DNA of 64,000 nucleotides. Origin: the human T2T-CHM13v2.0 reference genome, Homo sapiens. Every line of letters starts with the position of its first letter. The first letter of the stretch is position 1. The notes below the pieces were generated by a model. The model ran no database searches and was not told the DNA's origin. It saw only the letters and a program-made list of their open reading frames with translations. Shown here piece after piece: positions 1 through 15,000 of the stretch. A program made the position numbers and the translations under genes. Where the stretch lies: assembly GCF_009914755.1 (NCBI RefSeq), contig NC_060931.1. One strand, written 5' to 3'.

Positions 1-3000
1 ATCGATTCCACTCCATGATGATTCCATTCAAGTCCATCCGATTACTCTATTCGATTCCATTCTATAATGATTCCGTTCTAGTCCATTTTATGATTCAATT
101 CGAGTCGTTTCGATGATTCCATTCAATTCCATTTGATGATGATTCCATTCGAGTCCATTCGATGCTTCCATTTGATTCCTTTTGATGAGTCTATTCGAGT
201 CCAATTGAAGATTCCATTCAATTCAATTTGATGCTGATTCTGTACAATTCCATTCCATGATGATTCCATGTGATACCATTCAATGATGATTCATTTTGAT
301 TCCATTCGATTATGATTCATTTCGAGTTCATTCGATGATTCCACACGTTTCCATTCGATGATGATTCCATTCGAGTCCATTTGATGATTCCATTTGAAAC
401 CATTTGATGAGGATTCCATTCGATTCCACTCATTGGTGATTCCATTCAATTACATTCAATGATTCCATTCCATTCCATTCGACAATGATTCCGATAGATT
501 CCATTTGATGATTCCACTTGATTCTATTTGACAATGATTCCATTCGATTCCCTTCATTGGTGATTCCATTCAATTCCATTCAATGATTCCATTTCATTCC
601 ATTCAACAATGATTCCATTAGATTCCATTCGATGATTCCACTTGATTCCATTTACAATGATTGCATTCGATTCCATTCGATGATTCCATTCAATTCTATT
701 CGATGATATTTCCATTTGATTCCATTCGACAATGATTGCCTTTGATTCCATTCAATGATTCCATTCGGTTCCATTCGAAGATGATTCCGTTCGATTCAAT
801 TTGATGATTCCATTTGATTCCATTGGATGATTCCATTCGATTACATTTGATTATTCCATTCGAGTGCATTTGATGATTCCATTCAAGTCCATTCAATGAT
901 TCCATTCATGTACATTTGATGATTCCATTCGATTCCATTCGATGATGATTCCATTATAGACCATTCGATGATTCCATTCGAGTGCATTTGATACTTGCAT
1001 TCGAGTCCATTCGATGATTTCATTTGATTCCTTTTGATGATTCCATTCGAGTCTGTTTGATCACTCCATTCTAGTCCTTTCGATGATTCCATTTGAAGAT
1101 GATCACATTCAATTCCATATGACGGTGATTCCATTTGAGTCCATTCAATGATCCCATTTGATCCAATTTGATGATGATTCCATTCAAGTCCAATCAATGA
1201 TTCCATTCTATTCCATTTGATGATGATTCCTTTCAACTCCATTCAGTGATTCTATTCAGGTCCATTCAGTAATTGCTTTGGATTCCATTTGATGATGATT
1301 ACATTTGATTCCATTTGATGATGATTAGATTCGATACCTTTCTATGATTCCATTCAATTCCATGCGATGTTGATTCAAGTCAATTCCGTTTGATTATTCT
1401 ATTCTTTTACATTCGATGATGATTATATTTGATTACATTCAATGTTTCCGGTTGAGTATATTTGATGATGATTCCATTCGATTCCATTCAATGATTCCAT
1501 TCAATTCCTTTCAATGATGATTCCATTTGATTCCATTCAATGATGATTGCATTTGTGTCCATTGGATTATTCTATTAGATTCCATTCAATGATGATTCCA
1601 TTCGAGTCCATTAGATGATTCCATTCGATTCCATTCGAGTCCATTAGATGATTCCATTCGATTCCATTCGATGATGATGCCATTCGAATCCATTCAATGA
1701 TTCCTCTTGATTCTGTTCGATGACTCCGTTCGATCCCATTCGATGATTCCCTTTGATTCCATTCTATGATCATTCCAATTGATTCAATTCGGTGATTCCA
1801 TTCGATTGTATTCAATGATGATTCCATTTGACTCCATTCAATGATAATTCCATTCAATTCCATTCGATTATGATTTCATTCCATTCCATTTGATGTTGGT
1901 TCCATTCGAGTCCATTCGATGATTCCATTAGATTCCATTTGATGATGATTCCATTCAATGCCATTCGACGATTCCATTCAATACCATTCAATAATGATTC
2001 CATTCAATTCCATTTGATGATGATTCCATTTGAGCCCATTCAGTGATTCCATTCAATTCCATTCTATGATGATTCCCTTCTAATCCATTTGATGATTCCA
2101 TGCGATTCCATTCGATGATGACTGCATTTGGTTCCATCTGATGATGATTCTAACGGATTTCATTCGATTTCTCCATTTGATTCCATTCGTTGATGATTCC
2201 ATTCTTTTCCATTTGATGATGATTTCATTATATTACATTTGATGATGATTCCATTCGATTCCATTCAGTGACGATTCCATTCGATTCCATTCAATGATGA
2301 TTCCATTGGATTCCATTCGATGATTCCATTCAATTCCATTCAATGGTGATTCCATTCTGGTCCATTCAAAGATTCCATTAGATTCCATTTGATGATTCCA
2401 TTAGATTCCATTCGATTGTGATTCCATTCGGGTCAATTCAAAGATTCCATTTGATTCCATTTGATGATGATTCCATGCGAGTACATTCAATGATTCCATC
2501 CAAGTCTATTCGAAGATTACTTTCAATTCCATTCGATGATTTCATTTGAGTCCATTCAATGATTCCATTGAAGTCAATTTGACGTTTCCTTTTGATTCCA
2601 CTCGATGTTGATTCCATTAGAGTCCATTCAATTATTCCATTCGACTGCATTCCATGATTTCATTCGACTCCATTTGATGATATTTCCATTCCAGTCCATT
2701 CGATGGTTCCTTTTGATTTCATTCAGTGATGATTCCATTCGATTCCATTCGATGATTCCATTCAAGTGCATTCAATGATTACATTCGAGTCCATTAAATG
2801 ATTCCATTCGTTTCCATTCAATGATACCGTTGCATTCCAATCTTTGTTTTATTTCGATTCGTTTGGGTGATGATTCCAATCGATTTCATTGGATGATCCC
2901 ATTCGATTCTATTGGATGATGATTCCATTCGATTCCATTTGATGAAGATGCCATTCGTTGATGATACCATTCAATTCTATTCAATGAGGATTCTATTCTA

Positions 3001-6000
3001 TTCCATTCAATGATGATTCCATCCAATTCCATTTGATGATGATTCCTTTCGAGACCATTTGATGATTCCATTCACTTCATTCAATGATGATTCCATTCAA
3101 TTCCATTAGATGATTCCATTAGAATCTATTTGATGATGAATACATTTGATTCCATTCGATGATGATTCCATGCGATTCCATTGGATGATGGCTCCTTTCA
3201 TTTCCATTTGATGATTATTCCTTTTGACTCCATTTGATGTTGATTCTTTCGATTCCGTTTGATGATGTTTCCATTTGATTCCATTCGAAGATGATTCCAA
3301 TCGATTTCATTAGATGATTCAATTCGATTTCATTCGATGATGATTCCATTTGACTCCATTCGATGATTCCATTCAATTCCAGTTGATGATGATTCCATTT
3401 GATTCCATTCCATGTTTCCATTGGATTACATTTGATGATGATTCCATTCCATTCCATTCAATGATTCCATTCGGTTCCATTAGATGATGATTCCATTCGA
3501 GTCCATTCAGTGATTCCATTCGATTCCATTTGATGATAATTCCATTCAAGTCCATTTGATGATTATATTCGATACTATTCGATAATGATTCCACACAAGT
3601 CCATTCGATGATTGCTTTTGAGTCTGTTTGAAGATTCCATTCGATACCATTCGATGATTTTTCCGTTCGAGTCCATTTGATAATTCCATCTGATTCGATT
3701 CGATGATGTCTGCATTCGTTTCCATTTGATGATGATTCTAACGGATTCCATTGGATGACTCCATTCAAGTCAATTCATTGATGTTTCCATTCTATTCCAT
3801 TCGGTTATGATTCCATTCAATTCCATTCGATGATGATTCCATTCGATTTCATTTGATGATGATTCCATTCAATTCCATTCAATGATAATTCCATTCAATT
3901 CCATTCTATGATTCCATTCGATTCCATTCAATGATGATTCCATTTGATTCCATTTGATGATTCCATTTGATTCCATTCGATGATGATTCCATTCGATTCC
4001 ATTCTATCATCCCATTCGATTCCATTCAATGATGATTCCATTCAATTCCATTTGATGATTCCATTTTATTCCATTCAATTATGATTCCATTCGAATCCAT
4101 TCGATGATTCCATTCAATTCTATTTGATGAAGATTCCATTAGAGTCCATTTGATGATTCCATTCAAGTGCATTCGATGATTCCTTTTTATTCCACTCAAT
4201 GTTGATTTCATTCGAGTCCATTCGATGATTCCATTCGAGTGCATTCCATTATTCCATTCAATTCCATTCGATGATGTTTCCATTCGAGTCCATTAGATGA
4301 TTCCATTTGATTTTATTCGATGATGATTCCATTTGATTCTGTTAGATGATTCCATTCGAGTCCTTTCAAAGATGATTCCATTCAATTGCATTCGATGATG
4401 ATTCCATTCCATTTCAATCAATGATTCTATTCGATTCCATTCAATGAAGATTCAATTCTATTCCATTCAATGATTCCATTTGATTGCATTTGATGATGAT
4501 TTTATTCGTGTCTATTCGAAGATTCCATTTGTTTACATTCCATAACGATACAATTTGTGTCCATTCAATGATTCCGTTCAACTCCATTTGAGGATGATTC
4601 TATTAAAATCTATTCGATGTTTCCCATCTATTCCGTTCGATGATGATTCCATTCATCTCCATTCGATGATTCCATTCGAGTCCATTCGATAATGCCATTA
4701 GATTCTTTTTGATGATGATTCCATTCTATGCCATTTGATGATTCCATTCGATTCCATTCAATGATGATTGCATTCGTGTCCATTCAATTATTCCATTCGA
4801 TTCCATTCGATGATGGTTCCATTCTAGTCCATTTGATGATTCCATTCGATTCCATTCAATGTTGATTCCATCCGAGTCCTTTCAATGATTCCATTCGATT
4901 CCATTCTCCCATGATTTCTTTTGAGCCCATTCAATGCTTCCACTCGATTCCATATGATGATGACTCCATTCGATTATATTTGATGATGATTCCATTTGAT
5001 TGCATTTGATGATGATTCCACTGGGGCCCATTCGAAGATTCCTTTCGATTACATTCCATGACGATTCCGTTCAAGTCCATTCAATGATTCCATTTGACTC
5101 CATTCGACGATGATTCCATTCGATGCTATTCGATGATTCCATTCGATTTCATTTGATGATGATTCCATTCAACTCCATTCGATGATTCCATTCGAGTTCA
5201 TTCGATTATTCCATTAGATTCCATTCGATGATGATTCCATTCGATACCACTCAATGATTCCATTCGATTCCATTTGATCATGATTCCATTCGAGTCCATT
5301 CGATAATGACTGAATTCAATTCCATTTGATGATTCCATCTGATTCCATTCAATGAAGATTCTGATCAATTCCATTCGATGATTCCTTTTGATTCCATTCT
5401 ATGATTCCATTTAATTCCATTTTATAATTATTCCATTCGAGTCCATTCGATTATTCCATTTGAGCCCATTCCATAATTCCATTTGAGTCCAATCCTTGAT
5501 TCCATTCGAGTCCATTTGATCATTCCATTTGAGTACATTCGATAATGATTCCATTCGAGTCCATTCAGTGATTCCACTCGAGTCCATTCAATAATTCCTT
5601 TCCAGTCCATTCGATGATGGCTTTTGATTCCATTCCATGATATTCCATTTGAGTCCATTCAATCATTCCATTCGATTCTATTCAATGATGATTCCATTTG
5701 TTTTGATTCGGTGATTCCATTCGATTTCATTCGATGATGATTCCTTTCAAGTTCATTAGATGATTCCATTCGATTTCATTTGATGATGATTCCATTCGAG
5801 TCCATTCAGTGATTCCATTCGATTCAATTCGATGATGATTCCTTTCCATTCCATTCCATTCATTGATTCCATTTGATTCCGTTTGATGATGATTTCATTC
5901 GAGTCCATTCGATGATTCCATTTGATTCCATTTGATGATGATTCCATTCGAGTCCATTCGATGATTCTATTCGAATCCATTTGATGATTGCTTTTGATTG

Positions 6001-9000
6001 TATTCAGTGATGATTCCATTCGAGTCCATTCAATGATTCCATTCGATTGCATTCGATGATGATTCCATTCGAGTCCATTTGATGATTCCATTTGATTCCA
6101 TTCTCCGATGATTACATTAGAATCCATTCAATGATTCCACTCGATTCCATACAATGATTATTCTGTTCGATTCCATTCGATGATTCCATTCTATTCCATT
6201 CAATCATGATTCCATTCGAGTACATTAGATGATTCCATTCGATTCCATTCGATGGTTATTCTATTCATGTGCATTAGATGATTCCACACAATTCCATTCA
6301 ATGATGATCCTATTCGAGTCCATTCAATGATTCCCTTCGAATCCATTCGATGATGATTCCATTCGATTCAATTAATTGGTGATTCCATTTGATTCAATTC
6401 ATTGGTGATTCCATTCAATTCCATTATTTGATTCCATTCCATTCGACAATGATTCCATTCGATTTCTTTCGATGATTCCACTAGATTCCACTTGAGAATG
6501 ATTCCATTTGATTCCATTTGATTCCAGTCAATGATGATTGCCTTCGATTCCATTCGATCGTTCTATTCAATTCTGTTTGATGATTCCTTTCGATACCATT
6601 TGATGATTCCATTTGATTCTATTCGAGGATTCCATTCGATTCCATTCGATGATGATTCCATTTTATTCCATTCGTTGATGATTCCATTTGTTTCCATTCG
6701 ATGAATCCATTCAATTCCATTCAATGATGATTCCTTTCATGTTCATTTATTATTCCATTCCATTCCATTCGATGATTCCATTCGAGTCCATTTGATGATT
6801 CTATTCGATTCCATTCAATAATTCCTTTTGATTCCATTTGATGATGATTCCATTTGAGTCCATTCGATGTTTATTCCATTCGACTCTATTCGGTGAATAC
6901 TTTCGATTCCATTTGAAAATAATTACATTTGAGACCATTCGATGATTCCATTCAATTCATTCGATGATGATTCCATTCAATTCAATTCGATGATTCCACT
7001 AGATTCCATTTGATGATTATTCCCTTTGATTTCATTTGATGATGGTTCCATGCAATTCCATTCGATAATGACTCCTTTCGGTTCCATTAGATGACAATTC
7101 CTTTCAGTTCTGTTCGATGATGATTCCTTTGGATTCCATTCGATCATGATTCCATTCCACTACATTTGATGTTAATTAATTTTGATTCCATTCGATGATG
7201 ATTCCATCTGATTCCATTTGATGATGATTCCATTTGATTCCATTCAATGATGATTCCATTTGATTACATTCAATGATGATTCCATTCAATTCCATTCGAT
7301 GATTGCATTTGATTCCATATGATGATGATTCCATTCTAGTCAATTCGATGATTCCATTCTAGTCCATTCACTGATGATTCCATTTGATTCCATTCGATGA
7401 TTCCATTTGATTTCTTTCAATGGTTATTCCATTCGAGTCCATTAGGTGATTCCTTTCGATGCCAATTGAAGATTATTCCATTCGATTCCATTCGATGGTA
7501 CCTTTCGATACCATTCATTGATGATTCCATTAGAGTGCATTCGATGATACCATTTGGTTCCATTTGATGATAATTCCATTCAATTCCATTCGATGATTCC
7601 ATTCAATTCCATTCTATGATGATTCCATTCGAGTCCATTTGATGATTCTGTTGGACTCCATTTGATGATGATTCCATTCTATGATTCCATTTGATTGTAT
7701 TATATGATGATTCCATTCGATTTCATTTGATGCTGATTCCATTCAATTCCATTCGATCATTCCATTTGATTCCATTCAATGATTCCATTCGATTACATTC
7801 GATGATGATTCCATTCGCTTCTGTTCAATGATTCCATTCGATTCTATTCGAAGATGATTCCACTCGATTCCATTCGATGATGACTGCATTCAATTCCATT
7901 TGATGACTCCATTTGATTCTGTTCGATGATGATTCTGATCAATTGCATTTGATGAGTCCATTCGATTCCATTTGATGATTCCATTTGATTCCATTCAATA
8001 ATGATTCCATTCAAGTAAATTCAATGATTCCATTCGAGGATATTCAATAATTCCATTTGAGTCTAATTGATGATTCCATTCGAGACCATTCGATCATTCC
8101 ATTTGAGTCCATTCGATAATGATTCCATTTGAGTCCATTCGATAATTCCATTGGAGTCCATTCGATGTTTGCTTTTCATTCCATTTGATGATATTCCATT
8201 TGAGTCCATTCGATAATTCCATTCAATGCTATTAGATGATGATTCCATTCGTGTCCATTTGGTGATTCCATTCACTTTCATTCGATGATTATTCCACTTG
8301 AGTCCATTCAATTATTCCATTCAAGTCCATTTGATGATTCCTTTCAATTCCATTCGATGATGATTCCATTCGAGTCCATTCAATGATTCCATTCAAGTCC
8401 ATTTGATGATTCCATTCAATTCCATTCGATGATTATTCCATTCGAGTCCATTTGATGATTCCATTTGATTTCATTCGATGATGATTCCATTCGATTCCAT
8501 TCGATGATTCCATTCTATTCCATTCGATGATGATTCCATTCAAGTCCATTCGATGATTCCACTCGAGTCCATTTAATGAATACTTTGGGTTCAATTAGAT
8601 GATGATTACATTGGATTCCATTCTATGATTCCATTCGATTCCGTTCATTCATGATTTGATTCCATTCAATGATGATTCCATTTGATTTCATTCGATGATT
8701 TTATTCGATTCCATTCAATGGTGATTCAATACTATTATATTGTATGATTCCATTCGATTCCATTCGATGATGATTCCTTTCGATTCCATTCGATGATGAT
8801 TCCATCCTCTTTCATTGAATGATTCCATTTTATTCCATTCGATGATGACTCCATTCGATTCCATTCAATGATGATTCCGTTCGATTCCATTCGATGGTGA
8901 GCAATTCAAATCAATTCCATCATTATTCTAATTGATTCAATTAGATGATGTTTCCATTCGATTCCATTCAATGATGATTTCATTGGAATCCATTCGACGA

Positions 9001-12000
9001 TGATTCCATTCGAGTCCATTCTATGATGATTCCATACGAGTCCGTTTGATGATGATTCCATTCCATTTCATTAGATGCTTCTATTCAATTCCATTCGATG
9101 ACGATTCCGTCTGATTCCATTCTATGATTCCATTCAATTCCATTCGATGCTTCTATTGGATTTCATTCCATGATGATTCCATTCGATTCCATTCGATAAT
9201 TTCATATGATTCCATTCGATGATGATTCCATACGAGTCCATTCGATGATTACATTCAAGTCCCTTCATAGATTCCTCCAATTCCATTTGATGATGATTAC
9301 ATTCGAGTCCTTTCGAAGATTCCATTCGATTCCATTCTATGATTCCATTCGTGTCCATTCGATTAATCCATTCGGGTCCATTCGATGATTCCATTCGTTT
9401 CCGTTCAGTGATGATTCCATTCGATTCCATCTGATGATGATTTCATTTGATTCCATTCGATGATGATTCCATTCGAGTCCATTCAATGATTCAATTCGAT
9501 TCCATTCGATGCTGATTCCATTCAAATCCATTCGATTATTCCATTCAAATCCCTTCATTGATTCCATCTGATTCCATTTGATGATGATTCCATTCGAGTC
9601 CAATCTATGAATCCATTCAGTTCCATTCAATGATTCCATTCGAGTCCATTTGACTATTCCATTAGTATCCATTTGATGATTCCATTCAATTCCATTCAAT
9701 GATGATTCCATTTGATTCCATTTGATGATTCTGTTCGATTCCTTTCAATGATTCCCTATGATTCCTTTCTGTGATGATTGCTTTCGATTCCATTCGTTGA
9801 TGATTCCATTCGATTCCATTCGATGATGATTCCTTTTGATTCCCTTTGTTGATGATTCCATTAGATTCCATTTGATGATAATTCCTTTCGACTCCATTCC
9901 AAGATGATTCCATTCGATTCCATTCAATGATTCCTTTCGATTCCATTTGATGATGAGCCATTCGTTTCAATTCCATGATGATTCCATTTGATTCAATTCG
10001 AAGATGTTTCTATTCGATTCCATTTGATGATGATTCCACTCAATTCCATTTGACTATGTTTCCATTCGAGTCCATTCAATGATGATTCCATTTGATTCCG
10101 TTCAATTATGATTCCATTCAATTTCATTCAATGCTTCTATGTGATTCCATTCGGTGATGATTCCATCTCATTCCCTTAGATGATTCCATTCAATTCCATT
10201 CAGTGATGATTTCATGTGATTCCATCTGATGATGATATCATTTGATTCCTTTCGATGATGATTCCATTCGAGTCCATTCAATGATTCCATTGGAGTCCAA
10301 TCGATCATTCCATTCGATTCCATTTGATGATGATTCCATTCAAGTCCATTCGATGATTCCATTCGATTTCATTTCATGATGATTCCACTCGAGTCCATTT
10401 GATGATTCCATTCAATGTCATTTGATGATGACCGCATTCGAGTAAATTCGATGATACCATTCGATTCCATTCAATGATGATTCCATGAAGTACATTTGTT
10501 GAATTCATTCGATTCCATACGATGATGACTCCATTCGAGTACATTCGATGATTCCATTCGATTCCATTCAATGATCATTCCATTAGACTCAATTTGATGA
10601 TTCCATTCGAGTCCATTGGATGATTCCATTCGAGTACTTTTGATGATTCTATTCTTTTCCATTCGATGATGATTCCATTAGGGTCCATTCGATGATTCCA
10701 TTCGAGTATATTCAATAATTCCTTTCGATTCCATTTGATGATTCCATTTGAGTCCATTCGATGATTCCATTCAAGTCCATTTGATGATTCCATTGTTTTC
10801 CTTTCGATGATGATTCCATTAGGGTCCATTTGATGATTCCATTCGAGTCCATTTGGTAATTCATTTCGAGTCCTTTTGATCACTCCATTCAAGTCCATTC
10901 GGTGATTCTATTTGATTCCATTCGATGATGATTTCATTCGAGTCCATTCGATGATTGCATTCGAGTCCATTTGATGATTCCATATGGTTCCACTCAACAA
11001 TGATTCCATTCTTGTCCATTTGATGATTCCATTCATTTCCATTCGATGATGACTCCTTTCGAGTGTATTCGATGATTCCATTCAAATCCATTTGATGATT
11101 CCATTCGACTCCATTCGATCATTCCACTTGATTCCATATGATGACTATTCCATTCGAATCCATTCGATGATTCCATTCGATTCCATTCGATGATACCATT
11201 TGAGTTCATTCAATGATTCCACTCAATTCCATTTGATGATTATTCCATTGTAGTCCACTTAGTGAATCCTTTAGATTCCACTCGAAGATTATTCCATTCT
11301 ATTCCATTCAGTGACACCATTCGATTCCATTCATTGAGGATTCCATTCAAGTGCATTCGATGATATCATTCGATTCCATTTGGTGATGATTCCATTTGAT
11401 TCCATTCGATGATTCTATTCAATTCCATTCAATGATGATTCCATTCTATGATGATTCCATTCGAGTCAATTCGATGATTCCATTGGACTCCATTTGATGG
11501 TGATTCCATTCAATGATTCCATTTGATTCTATTTGATAATGATTCCATTTGATTCCATTCGATGATGATTCCATTGGATTCCATTCGAAGATTCCATTCG
11601 ATTCCATGTGATGATGATTCCATTTGATTCCATTCGATGATTCCATTCTATTCTATTCGATGATGATTCCATTCAATTTCATTCAATGATGATTGCATTC
11701 GATTCCATTCAATGATTTTATTTGATTCCATTCGATGATGATTCTGATCAATTCCATTCGATGATTCCATTCGATTCCTTTCGATAATGATTACATTGAA
11801 GTCCATTCGATGATTCCATTTGAGCCCATTCGATAATTCCATTTGAGTCCTATCAATGATTCCATTCATTTCCATTCAATGATTGCATTAGAGTCCATTT
11901 GATCATTCCGTTAGAGTCTGTTCGATGATGATTCCATTGGAGTGCATTCGATGATTCCATTCAAGTCCATTTGATAATTCTATTTGAATCCATTCAATGA

Positions 12001-15000
12001 TTGCTTTCAATTCCATTCCACGATGACTCCATTTGATTCCATTCGATAATGATTACATTCGAGTCCATTCAATGATTCCATTTGAGCCCATTCGATAATT
12101 CCATTTAAGTCCTATCAATGATTCCATTAGAGTCCATTCGATCATTCCATTAGAGTCCGTTTCATGATGATTCCATTGGAGTGCATTCGATGATTCCATG
12201 AGAGTACATTTGATAATTCCATTTGAATCCATTCGATGATTTCTTTCAATTCCATTCAATGATGATTCCATTCGAGTCAATTCAATGATTCCATTCGATT
12301 CCATTCAATGATGATTCCATTCATGTCCATTCAGTGATTCCAATCAATTTCATTTGATGATGATTCCTTTTGAATCCATTCGATGATTCCATTCAATTCC
12401 ATTCAATGATGATTCCATTCGAGTTCATTTACAGATTCCATTTGATTCCATTCGATGATGATTCTGTTCGAGTCCTTTCAGTGATTCCATTTGTTTACAT
12501 TCAATGATGATTACATTCGAGTCCATTTGATGATTACATTTGATTCCATTTGATGACGATTCCATTTGAGTCCATTAGATGATTCCATTTGATTCCATTC
12601 GATGATAATTCCATTCAAGCCATTCGATGATTTTATTCGAATCCATTTGATGACTGCTTTCGATTATATTCGATTATGATTCCATTCGATTCCATTCGAT
12701 TCCATTCAATGATGATTAAATTCCATTCCATTCGACGATGATTCCATTAGAGCCCATTCAATGATTCCATTGAATTCCATTCGCTGATGATTGCATTCGA
12801 GTCTATTCAATGATTCTATTCAATTCCATTTGTTGATGATTCCATTTGACGTCATTTAATGATTCCATTCGTTTTCATTCGATTATGATTCCATTTGATT
12901 CCATTACATGATTCCATTTGATTCCATTCGATCATGATTCCATTCGAGTCCTTTCAATGATTCCATTCGATTCCATTCAATGATGATTCCATTCGGGGCC
13001 ATTTGAAGATTCCATTCAATTCAATTTGATGATTCCATTCGAGTCCATTCGAAGATTTAATTCGAGTCCGTTCAATGATTCCATTCGATTCCATTCAATG
13101 ATGATTCCATTCTGGGCCATTCGAAGATTCCATTCAATTCAATTTGATGATTCCATTCGAGTCCATTCGAAGATTTCATTCGAGTCCATTCAAGGATGAT
13201 TGCTTTTGATTCCATCCCATGATTATTCCATTCGATTCCATTCAATGATGATTCCATTCAGGGCCATTCGAAGACTCCATAAAATTCCATTCAATGATTC
13301 TTTTCGAGTACATTTGATGATTTCATTCGAGTCCATTCGAGGATGATTGCTTTTGATTCCATTCCATGATAATTCCATTCGATTCAATTTGATGATGATT
13401 CCGTTCGATTCCATTCGATGATTCCATTCTATTCCATTCAATGATGTTTCCATTCGAGTACATTAGATGATTCCATTCTATTCTATTCGATGAGGATTCT
13501 ATTCTTGCTGATTAGATAATTCCACAGGATTCCATTCGATGATGATTCCTTTCGAGCGCATTCGAAGATTCCATTCGATTCCATTCGATGATGATTCCAT
13601 TCGATTCCATTCACTGGTGATTCCATTCAATTCAATTCACTGATTCCATTCGATTCCATTCGACAATGATTCCATTCAATTCCATTTGAAGATTCCACTC
13701 GATTCCACTTGATGATGATTCCCTTCGATTCCATTTGATGATTCCACTTGATTCCATTAGATGATGATTGCCTTCTTTTCCATTCGATGATTCCATTTGA
13801 TTCCATTCGTTTATGATACTGTTTGAGTCCATTTGATGATTCCGTTTGATTCTATTTGAGGATTCCATACGATTCCATACGATTATGATTCTATTCGACT
13901 CCATTTGATGATTTCATTCGAGTCCATTCAATGATTCCATTCGAGTCCATTTGATGATTCCATTCGATTCCATTTGATGATGATTCCATTAGAGTCCGCT
14001 CAATGACTCCATTCGAGTCCATTCGGTGATTCCATTCAATTCCATTTGATGATTCCATTCGCGTCCATTTGATCATTATATTCGAGTCCATTCAGTGATT
14101 CCATTGGATTTCTTTTGATGATGATCGCATTCGATTCCATTCAATGATGATTCCAGTCGAGTCCATTCGATGATTCCATTCAACTCCATTCAATGATGAT
14201 TCCATTCGTGTCCATTTGATGATTCTTTTCCAGTCCCTTCGTTGATTCCATCTGATTCCATTTGATGATGATTCCATTCGTGTCCATTCGATGATTCCAT
14301 TCTTTTCCATTCGATGATAATTCCATTCGAGTCCATTCGATGATGATTCCATTTGATTCCGTTAAATGATTCTGTTCGATTCCATTCGATGATTCCCTTC
14401 GATTCCTTTCCTTGATGATTCCATTCCATTCCATTTAATGATTCCATTCGATTCCATTCGATGAAGATTTCATTCAACTCCATTAGCTGACGACTATATT
14501 CGATTCCAATCGTGATGATTCCAACGGATTTCATTCAATTTCTCCATTCAATTCCATTCGTTGATGATTCCATTCGTTTCTATTACATGATTATTCCATT
14601 AGATTCCATTCGATGATGATTCCATTCGATTCTATTCGATGATGATTCCATTCCATTCCATTAAATGATGATTCCATTCGATTCCATTCGATGCTTCCAT
14701 TTGATTCCATTCGATGATGATTCCATTTTTGTCCATTCGATTATTCCATTCGTTTCCATTCAATGATGATTCCATTCGAGAACATTCAGTGATTCCATTC
14801 AAATCCATTTGATGATTCCTTTCAATTCCATTCGATGATGATTCCATTCGAGTCCATTCAATGATTCCATGTGATTCCATTCAATGTTGATTCCATTCAA
14901 GTCCATTCGATGATTCCATTCGAGTCCATTTAATGATTACATTGGGTTCAATTTGATGATGATTACTTTAGATTCCATTCTATGTTTCCATTCGATTCCA